A stretch of DNA of 64,000 nt from Eledone cirrhosa (GCA_964016885.1 OZ024742.1:41416001-41480000); one strand, 5' to 3'. Counted from the first letter of the stretch, positions 45,750 to 60,648 are shown. Numbers and translations are program-made. Notes: generated by a model not told the origin, from the letters alone.

Positions 45750-46145
45750 CTAGCAGACAAACCACCTCGCGGGTGGTTTATCTGCTCGCATGTGTAGTGT
45801 CTATATGGATATTATACGCAAGTATATATACATGTAGATATGATACATCAAATAAAATCGTAATTGACAATATAATACATAGAGAAAATTAGTGACAGAA
45901 ATATATGAATATTTATTTAAACGATCGCTAACTGGAAGTGTTGACATTTGAAAATTTTAAAGAAGTGAATCTTTAAATAAGTAATAAAATATATTTAATA
46001 AACAGCCACGAAATTTAGTAGTTAAATTATGTAATATTCATTCATTATTTATTCAAAGTAATCCAACTTATTTTACTAATGGGATAAAAAATTGTAAACC
46101 GTACGCAGTCCCGCGCTCCTTACTTTATTATAGTTTAGCTAGAGA
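45750..46145 (-). mobile_element. Short non-coding Helitron in tandem with the previous one
   Basis: CTAG at 45750, hairpin AAACCACC-TCGCG-GGTGGTTT, and A|TC 5' end at 46145. Confidence 0.7.
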
Positions 46146-46192
46146 TGTGTGCGCGCGCGCGCGCGCGTGTGTGCGTATGTATGTATGGGAAG

Positions 46193-47652
<1,460 letters not shown>

Positions 47653-47656
47653 ATTT

Positions 47657-47689
<33 letters not shown>

Positions 47690-47692
<3 letters not shown>

Positions 47693-48165
47693 TTCGTTTC
47701 TGAATTTGTTTAGCAAGATTCCTTATCTGAAAACGTGTGTTGAAACCGATATTGTTATACTTTGGGAGGGTCATGTTGCCAATAAGAAACATACGCACCA
47801 GTTGCTTTTACTTCAATTTATTATAAATTAAAAAAATTTTATTTTTTTATTTTTTCAAAAATTGATAAATTTCCGGTTGGTTGGTTGGTTGGTTCCACAA
47901 CCGGACGGTTGTTCATATATTGTCAAAGTTCTTTCGTCACACATTCTGTGACCTCTTCAGTGACTGGGGATTCTTTTCTTTGTTTTGTGCCTCTCCTTTG
48001 TTCTGTCCTACGCCATCTCTCAAAAACAAGATGGCGTAGGACAGAACAAAGGAGAGGCACAAAACAAAGAAAAGAATCCCCATTATTTTAAAAATTTATA
48101 ATAAATTGGAGTGAAAGCAACTGGTGCGTGTGTTTCTTATTGGCAACATGACCCTCCCAAAGTAT

Positions 48166-48170
<5 letters not shown>
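47690..48170 (-). mobile_element. Solo PLE pLTR with a fold-back inverted copy
   Basis: Same sequence as 63128-63380. Inverted arms at 47965-48018/48029-48082 and ~47752-47830/~48090-48170. Confidence 0.8.
47922..47964 (-). ncRNA. Type I hammerhead ribozyme
   Basis: GTCA-CTGAAGA-G-GTCAC..GTGAC-GAAAGAACTT-TGAC; stems I, II and a short III pair, with predicted site CUU. Confidence 0.78.
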
Positions 48171-48255
<85 letters not shown>

Positions 48256-48267
48256 GTATGTATATAT

Positions 48268-49852
48268 ATATATAAAACGGTAGATGTCTGTCTGTGTGTG
48301 TATGATTTTTAAAATAACACTTCATATTACAGATTAATGCTACAGACATATGAATCGGAATGTAACCCATGAACTTTTTCCTGGGCAAAATTATTCGAAC
48401 AGACATGACCTCATTGCCAGAGTGTTCAGACTGAAACTGGCTAAACTCATGGCTTTAATCAAAAAGGGTCAGGTATTTGGGGTTGTAAAATGTGACATGT
48501 TCACCGTCGAATGGCAAAAACGAGGGCTGCCACATGCTCACATTTTGATTTGGTTAGCTGATAAAATCAATTCAAATGCCATAGACAGCTTCATTTCGGC
48601 TGACATCCCTAACCCAGCAACTGACCAGGAATTACATGACATCGTCAAAGCTAACATGGTCCGTGTGCGTCGGGTCCTAATGAGAATCACATGTGTCTGA
48701 AAGGGGGGTCGTGCAGTAAGGGATACCCCAAAAAATTTGTTGACGAGACTCAGGCTGGTGGCGATGGGTACCCCCTGTACAGGCGGAGACGGCCCGAGAA
48801 CGGTGGCTTCACCACAACAGTAAAGGGAGGTCAAGTCGACAATAGATGGGTGGTCCCTTACTGCTATCTTCTCTTGAAGATGTTAAACGCCCACATCAAC
48901 GTTGAGTTTTGCAGCTCCGTCAAGTCTATAAAATACATATGCAAATATGTAAATAAGGGCTCTGATGAGGTCACAGAATACCTGGCGAGGCGGTACATCA
49001 GTAGCAATGAAGCTTTTTGGCGCCTATTTGGTTTCCCCCTACACCAACGGCACCTGGCCATCGTACACCTTGCGGTACATTTGGAAAATGGGCAAAGGGT
49101 TTACTTTACGGACCAAACCGCCGCCAAGCTGGCCGCCGATCCGAAAGAGACCACTCTGACAGGTTTCTTCAAACTTTGCCAGTTCGATACATTTACGCAA
49201 ACAATTGTGTACCCCCAGGTTCCATCCGACTTTATATGGTCGAAAAACACTTGGGTGCGAAGAAAGTCAGGTCAGGCTGTTGAAAGACATCCTGGTGTAA
49301 AATTTGACAGCTGTCTTGGAAGGGTTTACATGTTTTGCCATGTTTTACCATGTCCATTAACAAGTCACAAGGGCAAACACTGTCGGTGGCGGACATCCAT
49401 TTGGGGGAGCCATGCTTCTCCCATGGTCAACTTTATGTTGCCTCTTCCCACGTAGGGATCAAGAATGCACTTTTTGCTTACACTCCTCAAGGGATGACAC
49501 GCAATATCGTCTACAAAGAGGTGCTATAGATGTTGGTGCAGGTGTTGGAGGTGTTGGAGCTATGCCGTCTGGAAAACTATTTCCTGGTAGGGTCACCCAT
49601 GGCGGACAGATGTGACACCCAGCGACATCAGGGCCACCATCTTGCAACTTTGGTCTGCTAAATTCGCTATTGGAAGATTATTAACCCATCATTGATTATC
49701 CAAAATGCTAATTGGTTCGTAACTTTTAATAACCGGTTCAACTGCTTTATGCACTTAATTGATAAGCTTATGCGCTTTCAAGCCACGTTTACCTGTATGT
49801 AACTTTTCATAGCAAATGAATAAACCCGAGCAACGCCGGGCTAAACTGCTAG
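48268..49852 (+). mobile_element. Internally deleted Helitron (Rep HUH plus helicase tail)
   Basis: VEWQKRGLPHAHILIWL, AHINVEFCSSVKSIKYICKYVNKGSD, SINKSQGQTL..HGQLYVA, and a hairpin with CTAG at 49849. Confidence 0.92.
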
Positions 49853-50288
49853 TATATATATATAAAACGGTAGATGTCTGTCTGTGTGTGTGTATGATTT
49901 TTATGCATTTCCACATTTCTCTACCGATGTAGATGATTTTTTTCCAATGTGCTCCAAATTTACCAAGTCAGGTCAACGCGTAATCATTTTTGCCAAAAGT
50001 TTCCTGCTTCTATGAAAAAAAATCGATAAATCTAAATACATGCTGTAACCCTCTCTCTTACACACTTCATTCCTCTCACTACTACCATCAAAAATTTATG
50101 AAACTACATACATGTTGCAACTCTCTCTATATATATCACACACACACGCACACACATATACATCTAAAGAGAGAAAGGGAGATGTAGAGAGAGAGAGAGA
50201 TAGGTCGTTATACAGAGAGAGGTAAAGACAATCAGAGAGAGAGAGAGAGAGAGAGAGATAGGTCGTTATACAGAGAGAGGTAAAGACA

Positions 50289-50344
<56 letters not shown>

Positions 50345-50466
50345 AGAGAGATAGGTCGTTATACAGAGAGAGGTACAAGACAATCAGATAGAGAGAGAGA
50401 GAGAGAATGGCGACGAACGCTGGTTCACACACATACACACACACAAACAAACACATATATATATAA

Positions 50467-50511
<45 letters not shown>

Positions 50512-50569
50512 TGCGCGTTCTTTATTGTTCTCCATTCTCTAGAAGAAGAGAGAGAGAGGGGGTATGAGT

Positions 50570-50634
<65 letters not shown>

Positions 50635-50645
50635 GGGGTATGAGT

Positions 50646-50684
<39 letters not shown>

Positions 50685-51339
50685 GGGGTATGAGTGAGAG
50701 AGAGAGGGTATGAGAAAAAAGGGAGAGGGGGTTGAGAAAGAAAGAAAGTTTAAGCAAAGAATCGCTGCTTTCAACATTAACAAGATCTTAAACTAATAAA
50801 TTCAATCTGTGAACGCAGAATTAAATATTTCGAGAAACATTGCAACCGAAGGAAAACAGGAAGATGATATTTTGGTTCGTGAAAACATTCCCTGGCAATG
50901 AACAGAAAAAAAGCGAGGATAATACGTTGTTATGTGGAGCATAAAGAACAATTTCATGCAAAGACGAGACCAAGTTTATGGTATAAATGGAGTCGTTAGA
51001 CTAATATTCTATTTAAAATAACCGAATGATTTCCAGCCCCGGAGTTTAAGAATGATGTAAATAAAATTGTTAACGAAAATGACAGAGGTTATTAAAATAG
51101 TTGTTTCTACTTTTGGCACATGGCCAGCAATTACCCAGTACATTACTGGTACTTTATTTTATCAACCCCGTAAGGATGAAAGGCAAAGTTAACCTCGACG
51201 GGATTTTAACTTTGCCTTAAAATAGTAAAAGTAAATAGTGAAGATTTAGGCCAGTACATACGTATGCGCCGACGGACATACACATACATATACATACGCA
51301 CACACAAATACATACACACACACAAACACACACACAAAC

Positions 51340-51422
<83 letters not shown>

Positions 51423-52775
51423 CTCGCGTGCGCGTACGCGTGTGTGTGTAAACTTTATACATTTCTAGAGTATTTTCACCAAACTTAAGACATAGGTTAC
51501 TTATGTACTCCGGATGGTCATGGGCACTTTCATTTTTCCAGATATTGATTATAGGGCCTCCCGGCAGACAACCCCCTTCAACCACTTCCTTGAAGTCGAC
51601 TGAAGCACTGCAGTGCAATGCAACAAAACGTCATAACTTCTGGAGTTCGCAACCGATTTTCACAAAACTTGACACATGGGCTACGTTTGTTCTACAGATG
51701 AATGTGAAAGGAACTTAACATTGTAACTTTAACACAGCTACTGAGCAGCCCCGAGCAACGCCGGGCTTTACTGCTATAGGCGATAAAATTGTGCAGACAG
51801 ACAGTCGTGCAGAGAGCTGATATAGGCGATAAAATTGTGCAGACAGACGGTCGGGCAGAGAGGTGATAGGCGATAAAGTTGTGCAGACAGACAGTCGGGC
51901 AGAGAGGTGATATAGGCGATAAAGTTGTGAAGACAGACAGTCGGGCTGATAGACGACGGAGGCATGCAGACAGAGAGTCGGGCAGAGAGGTGATATAGGC
52001 GATAAAGTTGTGCAGACAGACAGTCGTGCAGAGAGGTGATATAGGCGATAAAGTTGTGAAGACAGACAGTCGTGCAGAGAGGTGATATAGGCGATAAAGT
52101 TGTGCAGACAGATAGTCGTGCAGAGAGGTGATATAGGCGATAAAGTTGTGAAGACAGACAGTCGTGCAGAGAGGTGATATAGGCGATAAAGTTGTGCAGA
52201 CAGACAGTCATGCAGAGAGGTGATATAGGCGATAAAGTTGTGAAGACAGATAGTCGTGCAGAGAGGTGATATAGGCGATAAAGTTGTGCAGACAGATAGT
52301 CGTGCAGAGAGGTGATATAGGCGATAAAGTTGTGAAGACAGACAGTCGTGCAGAGAGGTGATATAGGCGATAAAGTTGTGCAGACAGATAGTCGTGCAGA
52401 GAGGTGATAAGCGATAAAATTGCATTTTCTTTTCCATGTCCATCCAATTTCTTTGTTTCAAAATAATTGATATTTTGGTTACGCTGATGTTTTTATCTGA
52501 GACAAGTGTTGCAGTGTTTACATTTTCGATTTTTGTTAATAGATTACCAGTGCAGTTTTTATCCCCAGCATCCTCTTTTGTTTTAACATTCGAGTTATGG
52601 TTGTGTTTTCTTAACTTCATAAGGCATACTGTTGGTTGAGGGAATATTAATCAAAAGTATCACATGAAAGTCTACATTGTAGACTCTACAGTTTTTAAGC
52701 CAAGAAAGGAACTTAACAGTGTAACTTTAACACAGCTACTGAGCAGCCCCGAGCAATGCCGGGCTTTACTGCTAG
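49853..52775 (+). mobile_element. Tandem non-autonomous Helitron with a duplicated 3' end
   Basis: Same 5' sequence as 48268. The ~70 bp terminal segment occurs at 51707-51777 (ending CTAT) and again at 52705-52775 (ending CTAG). Confidence 0.75.
51779..52420. repeat. 46 bp minisatellite, about 13 copies
   Basis: Unit GGCGATAAAGTTGTG(C/A)AGACAGACAGTCGTGCAGAGAGGTGATATA. Confidence 0.92.
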
Positions 52776-52894
52776 TATATATATATGTATATGTATAGGT
52801 ATATGTATATAAGAATGTGTATATGAGCATGTGTATATATGTAGCAACACAAATATACACACATAACTGCAAACACAAATACAATACAACACAG

Positions 52895-53706
52895 CTACAC
52901 CGGACCAGGAGGGATCGAAATTCCCGTGTCGAAATCCATACGAGACCTGAAAATAGACATGAGCGACAATGCATCTTTTTCTTCACACAACATGAGGGTG
53001 GCGACAATGTGCAGACGACTCGCTGGCTGGATCTTGAGGATTTTCCGGACAAGAGACCGAGACACCATGTTGACACTATGGAGGACATTTGTCCTAAGCC
53101 CCCTGGACTATTGCTCCCAGTTGTGGTCACCCCATAGTATCAAACTAACCACGGGGCTTGAGGCAATCCAGCAAAGCTACACCAAGAGGATTGCGACGAT
53201 GAAGGAGATAAGCTACTGGGAGAGGCTAAAAGAACTGAAACTCTACTCATTGGAAAGAAGACGGGAGAGATACGCAGTGATATACATATGGAAAATCCTG
53301 GAGAGATTAGCAACAAATTTTGGCATTGGGAACTGGACCAACCCTCGAACAGGACGTCACTGTGTGGTGCCAAAGGTCCCGTATTCCACATCTAGAATAA
53401 GGAGCAGATATTGCAATAGCCTGGTCTTCAAGGGCCCTTAACTCTTCAACAAGCTGCCAAGGGATTTGAGAGATCTGCGTAGTGTGGACGTGAATGTTTT
53501 CAAGAAACATCTCGACACCCTGCTATCCAGAATCCCGGATGAGCCCACAACACGGTACGAAGGTAACCTAAGGGCATCAGGAACGAACTCCCTCTTGCAC
53601 CAATGGCCAGCCAACACAGGCTGGAGATAAAATGTGTAGCAGCAAGGGCGTTGCCATAGCATGGCCTCAGCCTGATGACTGGAACAGGTAAAAGAGTAAA
53701 AGAGTA
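52895..53706 (+). mobile_element. CR1-clade LINE 3' fragment
   Basis: LDYCSQLWSPH..LEAIQ..YWERLKELKLYSLERRRER, ending in a (TAAAAGAG)n tail. Confidence 0.85.
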
Positions 53707-53794
53707 CATACGCGCACGTAGATATGAAGCCTTGTGATCATAGAATGGTGTCTCCCCTCACTCTCTCTTACAGAAAATTCCTTTTCTTTTTTAA

Positions 53795-54015
53795 CCCTTT
53801 AGTATTTATATTACTCTATATTTACTATTGTATTTTCGTAGTAAAGGCTTTATCTTACATCATTATCTCAAATAATATCGATTCTATGAGATTTTGATGT
53901 TATTTATTTTGATAACAATAGCTTAACATCAGTATGAGCAGCTGGTTATGGGCGGTTTGAACAGAAAGAGGGGAGAGAATTCTTACCGGATATGGCCGGT
54001 TTAAATGCTAAAGGG
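53795..54015. mobile_element. piggyBac-type MITE
   Basis: TTAA|CCCTTTAGTATTTA..TAAATGCTAAAGGG|TTAA. Confidence 0.8.
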
Positions 54016-54110
54016 TTAAGGGCTGAAATACTTTCATGAGGGTGGGAGGTTCTTCCCTTAAGACATGCTGTCCAACTCACCTGAGAGTTTCTTATTTGTT
54101 TTCAATTATA

Positions 54111-54164
<54 letters not shown>

Positions 54165-54167
<3 letters not shown>

Positions 54168-54350
54168 TGTTTCTACTTTTGGCACAAAGCCAGCAATTAT
54201 CCCAGTGCATTACTGGTACTTTATTTTATCGACCCCGTAAGGATGAAAGGCAAAGTTAACCTCGGCAGGATTTGAACTCAGATCAGGAAGGGGCGTAACT
54301 CTATGCTGCAAAGCATGTTGTCCGACCCTCTACTGATACTGCCAAACCAC
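54165..54350 (-). mobile_element. tRNA-derived Nin-domain SINE with (ATT)n tail
   Basis: Minus strand GAGTTCAAATCC B-box, Nin-like CTTTGCCTTTCATCC, and an adjacent (AAT)n tract at 54110-54166. Confidence 0.7.
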
Positions 54351-54786
54351 TAATAATAATGAAATTATTGTGTACAGTGCTCAGGTGCACTACAACTCGT
54401 CAAAGGTGCATGTATAGTACATAGAATAATATACAAATGTCAGGGAAGTGAATAGTGTATGAGTCATGATATACATGTGTGCGTGTGTATGGAGGGGAAC
54501 ATCAGGTGCCGGTGTTGGCGAATCTCAGGAAGCATGGAGGTTTTAAAGGATGCAGTGTCTCGACAGCTAACAACTGATGCAGGTAGTTTGTTCCATGGAG
54601 GTTTTAAAGGATGCAGTGTCTCGACAGCTAACAACTGATGCAGGTAGTTTGTTCCAGGCTCAGCAGCTCTGAGCGTGAAAAAATCTTTCGTTTCTCTCTC
54701 TTTCCCATATATTCTTTCATCTCTCTCTTTTCGTAGCTCTTGTCCTTCCTCTCTTCTTTCTTTTCGTCTCCTATCTTTTCTATTTC

Positions 54787-54836
<50 letters not shown>

Positions 54837-55369
54837 CTCTCTCCTGTCTCCCCCCTCTCTCTCTCTCATTCTCTCTCTCTTTCTCTCTCATGTCTCTCTT
54901 TCTCTCTTCTGTCTCTCTTTCTCTCTCCTGTCTCTCTTCTCTCTCTCTTACTCTCTTCTGTCTCTCATCCTCTTTCTATTTCTCCTTCCTGCCTCTCATC
55001 CTCTCTCTCTTTCTTATTCTCTCTTATTTCTCTTCTTTCTCTTATAATATTTCTCTTCTTTCTCTTATAATATTTCTCTTTCTTTCTCTTATAATAGATA
55101 AACTAATATAAAGACTTGACCTGTTTAGTTATTTGAGTAAAACCACATTTAACGTATTTGGCAACAGAGAAAACTAATTGAAGGGTGCCGATGTCAGCCT
55201 ATAAGAAATGAAAAGGTGCAGCCAATATTTTCCATATATTTAAATTATTTTTTTTTTTATTAAGTATTGTGACAAAACACAATACTAGCAATACGTCATA
55301 CCCCCCCCCCCCACACATAGAATAAGGTCTGTTCATCTTTCTTGTTGAGAAGACTGGGTCTAAAATGGA

Positions 55370-55416
<47 letters not shown>

Positions 55417-55417
55417 C

Positions 55418-55625
55418 TATGTAATAAACAACATAAGATAATTAATTCATTTACCAGTGGTTTCTTGAAGACTGATATTTATATCTGTATTCAGTCGTCA
55501 GAAAGAATAATATGGAATGTTTCTTAAATATGGATTTGAAAACAAAGTTTAGGAAATATAAAAGTGAGGCTGAAATCAAATAACGGGCAAAAATTGAGAG
55601 GAAAAATATATAGATAAATATCCAG
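55418..55625 (-). mobile_element. Solo pLTR related to the PLE at 58020, with an HHR at 55446-55507
   Basis: Minus strand CTGACGA..GAAACCACTGGTAAATG; abuts a (TA)n tract. Confidence 0.75.
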
Positions 55626-55863
55626 AACATAAACATACACACTCAAACACGCGCTTATACGTAATAGAACGTAGACGTATACTTTCTCACATAAGTGTAT
55701 GTGCGTCTACATAGAAATACGAACACACATATATACGTGATCTTTTGCTCACATATGCGCACACACAGGCGCACACTCACACGGGTACTCAATAATAACG
55801 TAAAAACTATATATACACATGCATATCTCTCCATACACATACACAAATATATATATATATATA

Positions 55864-57536
55864 GGCATACGTCAAAACGGCCGGTCGCAAAAGTGAAACT
55901 AATTTTTGACAGTTACGTACGTCATTATCTTCAATTTGGATTGTGAATTTGTTTGTTTTTTTACAACAGGTCTCAATAGTGAAAGTGAATTTTGTTGATG
56001 GTGTTAATTAGTATTGCGTGTACGTGATATTTTTTTTTTCTTTTTTTGTGTATTGTGTGTACGGAACATTTTTTTAAAAATAATTGTTTCTACTTTTGGC
56101 ACAAGACCAGCAATTACCCAGTACATTACTGGTACTTTATTTTATCGACCTCGTAAGGATGAAAGGCAAAGTTAACCTCGGCGGGATTTGAACTCAGATC
56201 GTAAAGGGACGTAACTATGCTGGAAAGCATTTCTGTCCCTCTACCGATACTGCCAATTCACTTTGTGTGTTAAAAAAAAAAGAAAAAATAACTACATAGT
56301 TATACGTTTGTTGCATATAACATATAAATTGACGTACCTTATGAAAATCCTTATTACCCCCTATAAATAGCTGAAATACAGTTGATCATCTCGCCAAACT
56401 TGTTGGCACCAACTCTGCTGCCAAAGAAATTCAGCTAGATATGAGGGGAATAAAGCATCGCTTGTCCCATGCTGTTGAGGATTCGCCTCCAAATACTGCT
56501 CACAAATTTCTCTAAGGAAATTGCACCAGTCTATAATTGTCGGCTTGCTAAGTCCTCTTTCTCTCATCATCTCAGTTTGGGCATGATCGTAGCACCACAT
56601 ATAGATAATGCCAATAAGGTGTTCGAGTCGAACACGACTTCGATAAAATAAAGAATTCCGTCGCACCGATTGACTAAATTTGTCGCGGGTGCATCGCCAT
56701 CTCCATTTATCAATCCCCTCAGAATGTCTTTGCAATGTGCACGCCTCATTGCAGACAGGACAATTCATACTGTTCGTCAACAGACGCCGACTCGCCAACC
56801 ACTGTAACATACACAACGTGTCACCGTGTATCGCCGGGAACAGTGTATACACTGTTTCAAAATGATTAATAATGGCATTGGTATCCACAATATCTTCAAC
56901 TAAAGTAACGCGACCATACACTCGTCCAGCCATATTTGATGTGACACTGTATTACAATCCAGCCCTTCGGTGCTTCGTTTAAAAAAAAAAAAAAATGTTC
57001 CCAACCCTTCTGACGCCAATCTGCCTTTCTGACCCCAAGCTGCCCCTCTGACCCAAATCCCTTATCATTCTCTGTCCTTCTTATGACTCTACCTTAATTT
57101 CTTTGGCGACAGAGAGTTGGTGCCAACAAGTTTGGCGAGTTGATCAACTGTATTTCAGCTATTTATAGGGTGTAATAAGGATTTTCAATATTTAGGGTGT
57201 AATAAGGATTTTCAATATTTCTTTCTTTCAACACACAATGTCATTATTTAAATAAGGATTTTCAATATTTCTTTCTTTCAACACACAATGTCATTATTTA
57301 AATAAGGATTTTCAATATTTAGGGTGTAATAAGGATTTTCAATATTTCTTTCTTTCAACACACAATGTCATTATTTAAATAAGGATTTTCAATATTGTGC
57401 GTGTATGTATAGAGATGTTTGTGCATGTATGTGTGTGCATACATATTTATATATGTGTGTGTTTGTGTGTATATATATATGGGTGTGTATATATATATGT
57501 GTATATATATGTATACATATATATATATATATATAT

Positions 57537-57621
<85 letters not shown>

Positions 57622-57643
57622 ACGTCCCGTTTTGACGTATGCC
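55864..57643 (-). mobile_element. Merlin (IS1595-like) DNA transposon with the catalytic domain deleted
   Basis: TIRs GGCATACGTCAAAACGG / CCGTTTTGACGTATGCC. ORF 56361..56933 has CPVC..WRC..SVRRNSLF..TIIDWCNFLREIC joined directly to FPSYLAEFLW. Confidence 0.8.
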
Positions 57644-58054
57644 AGTATGTACACGTACATGCATATATGTCCTTTGTCAGTGTTGAACAAACGAGCAACG
57701 ATGGTTGCTAGACACTACGGCTTAATACGGAATGTTTGTTTACAAACACACCGAGCATTATAATAAATGTTCGGTGAATCCATACGTACATATATATATA
57801 TATATGTGCATGTATGTATATATACATACTACTGTACGTCTGTATACATATATGTATGTACGTGTAATACTTATATTTAAGTAACAGCCGTACTAAGAGT
57901 GGGAAATGAAATTTCGTTTCATTTTTTCCGTTTATATATATATATATGTGTGTGAATGAAGTAATTCCGTCGGAAAAGTCCAGGAAAAAAGAGTGCTCTA
58001 TGTAAGCAACAGAGCTTAATTATTATTATGTAATAAACAACATAAGGCAATTAT

Positions 58055-58112
58055 TCCATTTACCAGTGGTTTCTTAAAAGCAAAAGGTTTTGCTTTCAAT
58101 CCTCAGAACGAA
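58055..58112 (-). ncRNA. Hammerhead ribozyme in the inverted pLTR
   Basis: Reverse complement of 62389-62446. Confidence 0.8.
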
Positions 58113-58306
58113 AAAATCCTGGTTTGTTTATTGAATTTGGATCTTAAAAACAAAAAAAGCAAGCTATATGAAAGTGAGGCTGGAGAAGGAAGAAGGAAAG
58201 GAAAAAATAAAACCAAATGTAGCATATTCTATATTACTTATATGATTGGCACTTTCCAGCCCGATTAGTTGAGCACTCTACAGTTTTCAGGAATTTAACC
58301 AACATA

Positions 58307-59740
58307 ATGGACCTTTATGATTTGGATTATTCAATCAAAAATATACCCACTCCTTCCAACACAACTTACACCAAAATTCTCATAGACAAAATCGATCAAG
58401 TCGTTAAAAGAATGAGATGGAAGGCAATGGTTTACGACGGACTATTCAGGGCTGATACTAAAGATTGTTTTGACATCAAATCTCGTAAATATCCACCTAG
58501 AATAAAAGACATGGCCAGCTTCGAATTAGACCTCGTTAATCTAATTAATGATATCAAGTTTCGTAAGTACAATAATAACTTTCAAACCAAACTTTCTAAC
58601 GATATTTCTAATTTTAGAAATTCTACAAACACTTTCGTTCTTTCTGATAAAACTAAAAACCTCTTTGAAGTTAATAGTACTTTGTATAACCAACTTTTAA
58701 CTAATAGTATTACCAATAAATATCAATTAACTAATAATAATACCTACAATACTATCAATAAAGAAGCTAAAGAACTAGCTAGTTCTTTACAAATAGATAA
58801 CCGGATTGAAAGCTTAGCTAAGCGTAAAGAATATATTACCCTTAAAGACCATAAATTGGACTTTACTAATCGACCTAGTTGTAGACTGATTAACCCGGCT
58901 AAATCCGAGGTTGGCCTTGTAAGTAAGAATATCTTAAGAAAAATAATTCTCCAAATCAGAACTAACACTGACCTATCACAGTGGCTAAATACTTCCTCTG
59001 TTATTTCTTGGTTCAATAATATACAAGGTAAAAATAAGTGTAGATTTACCCAGTTTGATATTGTCGATTTTTACCCTTCTATTACTGTTTCCTTATTAAC
59101 TAAGGCCTTAGATTTTGCAAGACCCTCCATTAATATTTCTAAATTAGAAGAAGACATTATCCTCCATGCTAGAAAAACTTTACTTTTTACTAATGATAAT
59201 ATTTGGGTTAAAAGGTCAAACCCTGAAAACTCTTTTGATGTCGCAATGGGTTCATATGACAGTGCGGATGTGTGTGACTTAGTTGGATTGTTCCTTCTCC
59301 ACACCCTCAAAGAGAAATTTCCGTCACATAATATCGGTTTATACCGTGATGACGGATTAGCAGTTTCTCATACCACCAACGGCCATGACCTTGATAAATT
59401 CCGTAAAGATTTAATCAATACTTTTGCTAATCTTAACCTTAAAATTACTATAGATACGAACCTTACTAATGCTAACTTTCTTGATATTAATCTTGATTTA
59501 CTTACTGCCTCTTTTAAACCCTACCATAAACCTAACGAAAATCTTAGGTATATACACAAAGAGTCTTGCCATCCCCCTATAGTTTTTAATAATCTTATTC
59601 CTAACATTAGCCGTAGGATTTCTACCTTATCTTCGTCTATAGACATTTTTAATAAAGCCGCCACTTATTATAATAAAGCCCTTAAGAACAGCGGTTTTAC
59701 AGAAAAAATTTCTTATTTACCTACTCCCCCCCCCCCCTAA
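58307..59740 (+). CDS. PLE reverse transcriptase (477 aa, ends at a poly-C frameshift)
   Basis: YSIKNIP..KRMRWKA, SDKTKN, CRLINPAKSEVG, QFDIVDFYPSI, MGSYDSADVCDLVG, LYRDDGL and NFLD. Confidence 0.92.
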   Translation: MDLYDLDYSIKNIPTPSNTTYTKILIDKIDQVVKRMRWKAMVYDGLFRADTKDCFDIKSRKYPPRIKDMASFELDLVNLINDIKFRKYNNNFQTKLSNDISNFRNSTNTFVLSDKTKNLFEVNSTLYNQLLTNSITNKYQLTNNNTYNTINKEAKELASSLQIDNRIESLAKRKEYITLKDHKLDFTNRPSCRLINPAKSEVGLVSKNILRKIILQIRTNTDLSQWLNTSSVISWFNNIQGKNKCRFTQFDIVDFYPSITVSLLTKALDFARPSINISKLEEDIILHARKTLLFTNDNIWVKRSNPENSFDVAMGSYDSADVCDLVGLFLLHTLKEKFPSHNIGLYRDDGLAVSHTTNGHDLDKFRKDLINTFANLNLKITIDTNLTNANFLDINLDLLTASFKPYHKPNENLRYIHKESCHPPIVFNNLIPNISRRISTLSSSIDIFNKAATYYNKALKNSGFTEKISYLPTPPPP

Positions 59741-60444
59741 AACTAACCACAATAACAGGAAAAGGAAGATTATTTGGTTCACACACCCCCTTCTCTCTAA
59801 CTGTCAAAACTAATGTAGGAAGGAAATTCCTTGAACTATTAGACAAACATTTTCCTCCTAATCATAGATACTATAAGATATTTAATAGGAACGTAGTCAA
59901 GATCAGCTACTCTTGTTGCCCATCTATGAAGTCCAAAATCACCAGCTCAAACCGGACGAGAATAAATCCAGGATGCAGTTGCAGGAAGCCGGACGAATGC
60001 CCATTGCAGGGTAGATGTAACACTAAATCTGTCGTTTATGAGGCTATGATAACACCAGTAATCAACAACCAGCCAGCCAGGAGTGAGCGATATGTCGGTA
60101 TGACCCAGGACAGGTTTAAAACCAGATTTTACTCACATGTCGCTTCTTTTAAGCACTCCGATAAACGAACATCAACGGCCCTCGCAAGTAAGGTGTGGGA
60201 ACTCAAGGATAGTAACATCCCGTACTCTATTGATTGGTCTATATTAGACCATTCGAGGGAGTACCAAAGGGGCACAAAGAATTGTTCTTTGTGTACCACA
60301 GAAAAGTATAGGATTTTGCTAAACTTGAGAGACACTTCTGCTTGCCTTAATTCAAAGACTGAGATCTTCAGATGCTGTCCTCATCTGAGACCGCACCTGA
60401 TCTGTAACTGGATTGACACTCCTATGAGAAATCAACCGCCTTGA
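59741..60444 (+). pseudogene. PLE linker plus GIY-YIG endonuclease (continuation after frameshifts)
   Basis: RKRKIIWF..KIFNRNVVKISYSC precedes ORF 59926..60444 (VVYEA, YVGMT, R..H, CSLC..LN..CPH). Confidence 0.88.
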
Positions 60445-60648
60445 ACTCCTTCTCCCGCTCTTTACTTCTGCTACGGTTTTTATTTTACTGTTTCTACGTT
60501 CTGTACTCTTGTATACCTACATTTATTATATATTTTTTTCTCCCTTACCTCCCCTTATATTTTACCTTCTCCTATGCGGCCCCCACATATATTCTTTTTG
60601 CCTTGCCCTCCACATACCTATGTGTATGTGTGTGTATATTTGTGTGTA

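Noticed and set aside
51715-52620. 301 aa repetitive ORF or CRISPR-like array
   Set aside because: It is a minisatellite translation with no spacers and no cas genes, in a eukaryotic context.
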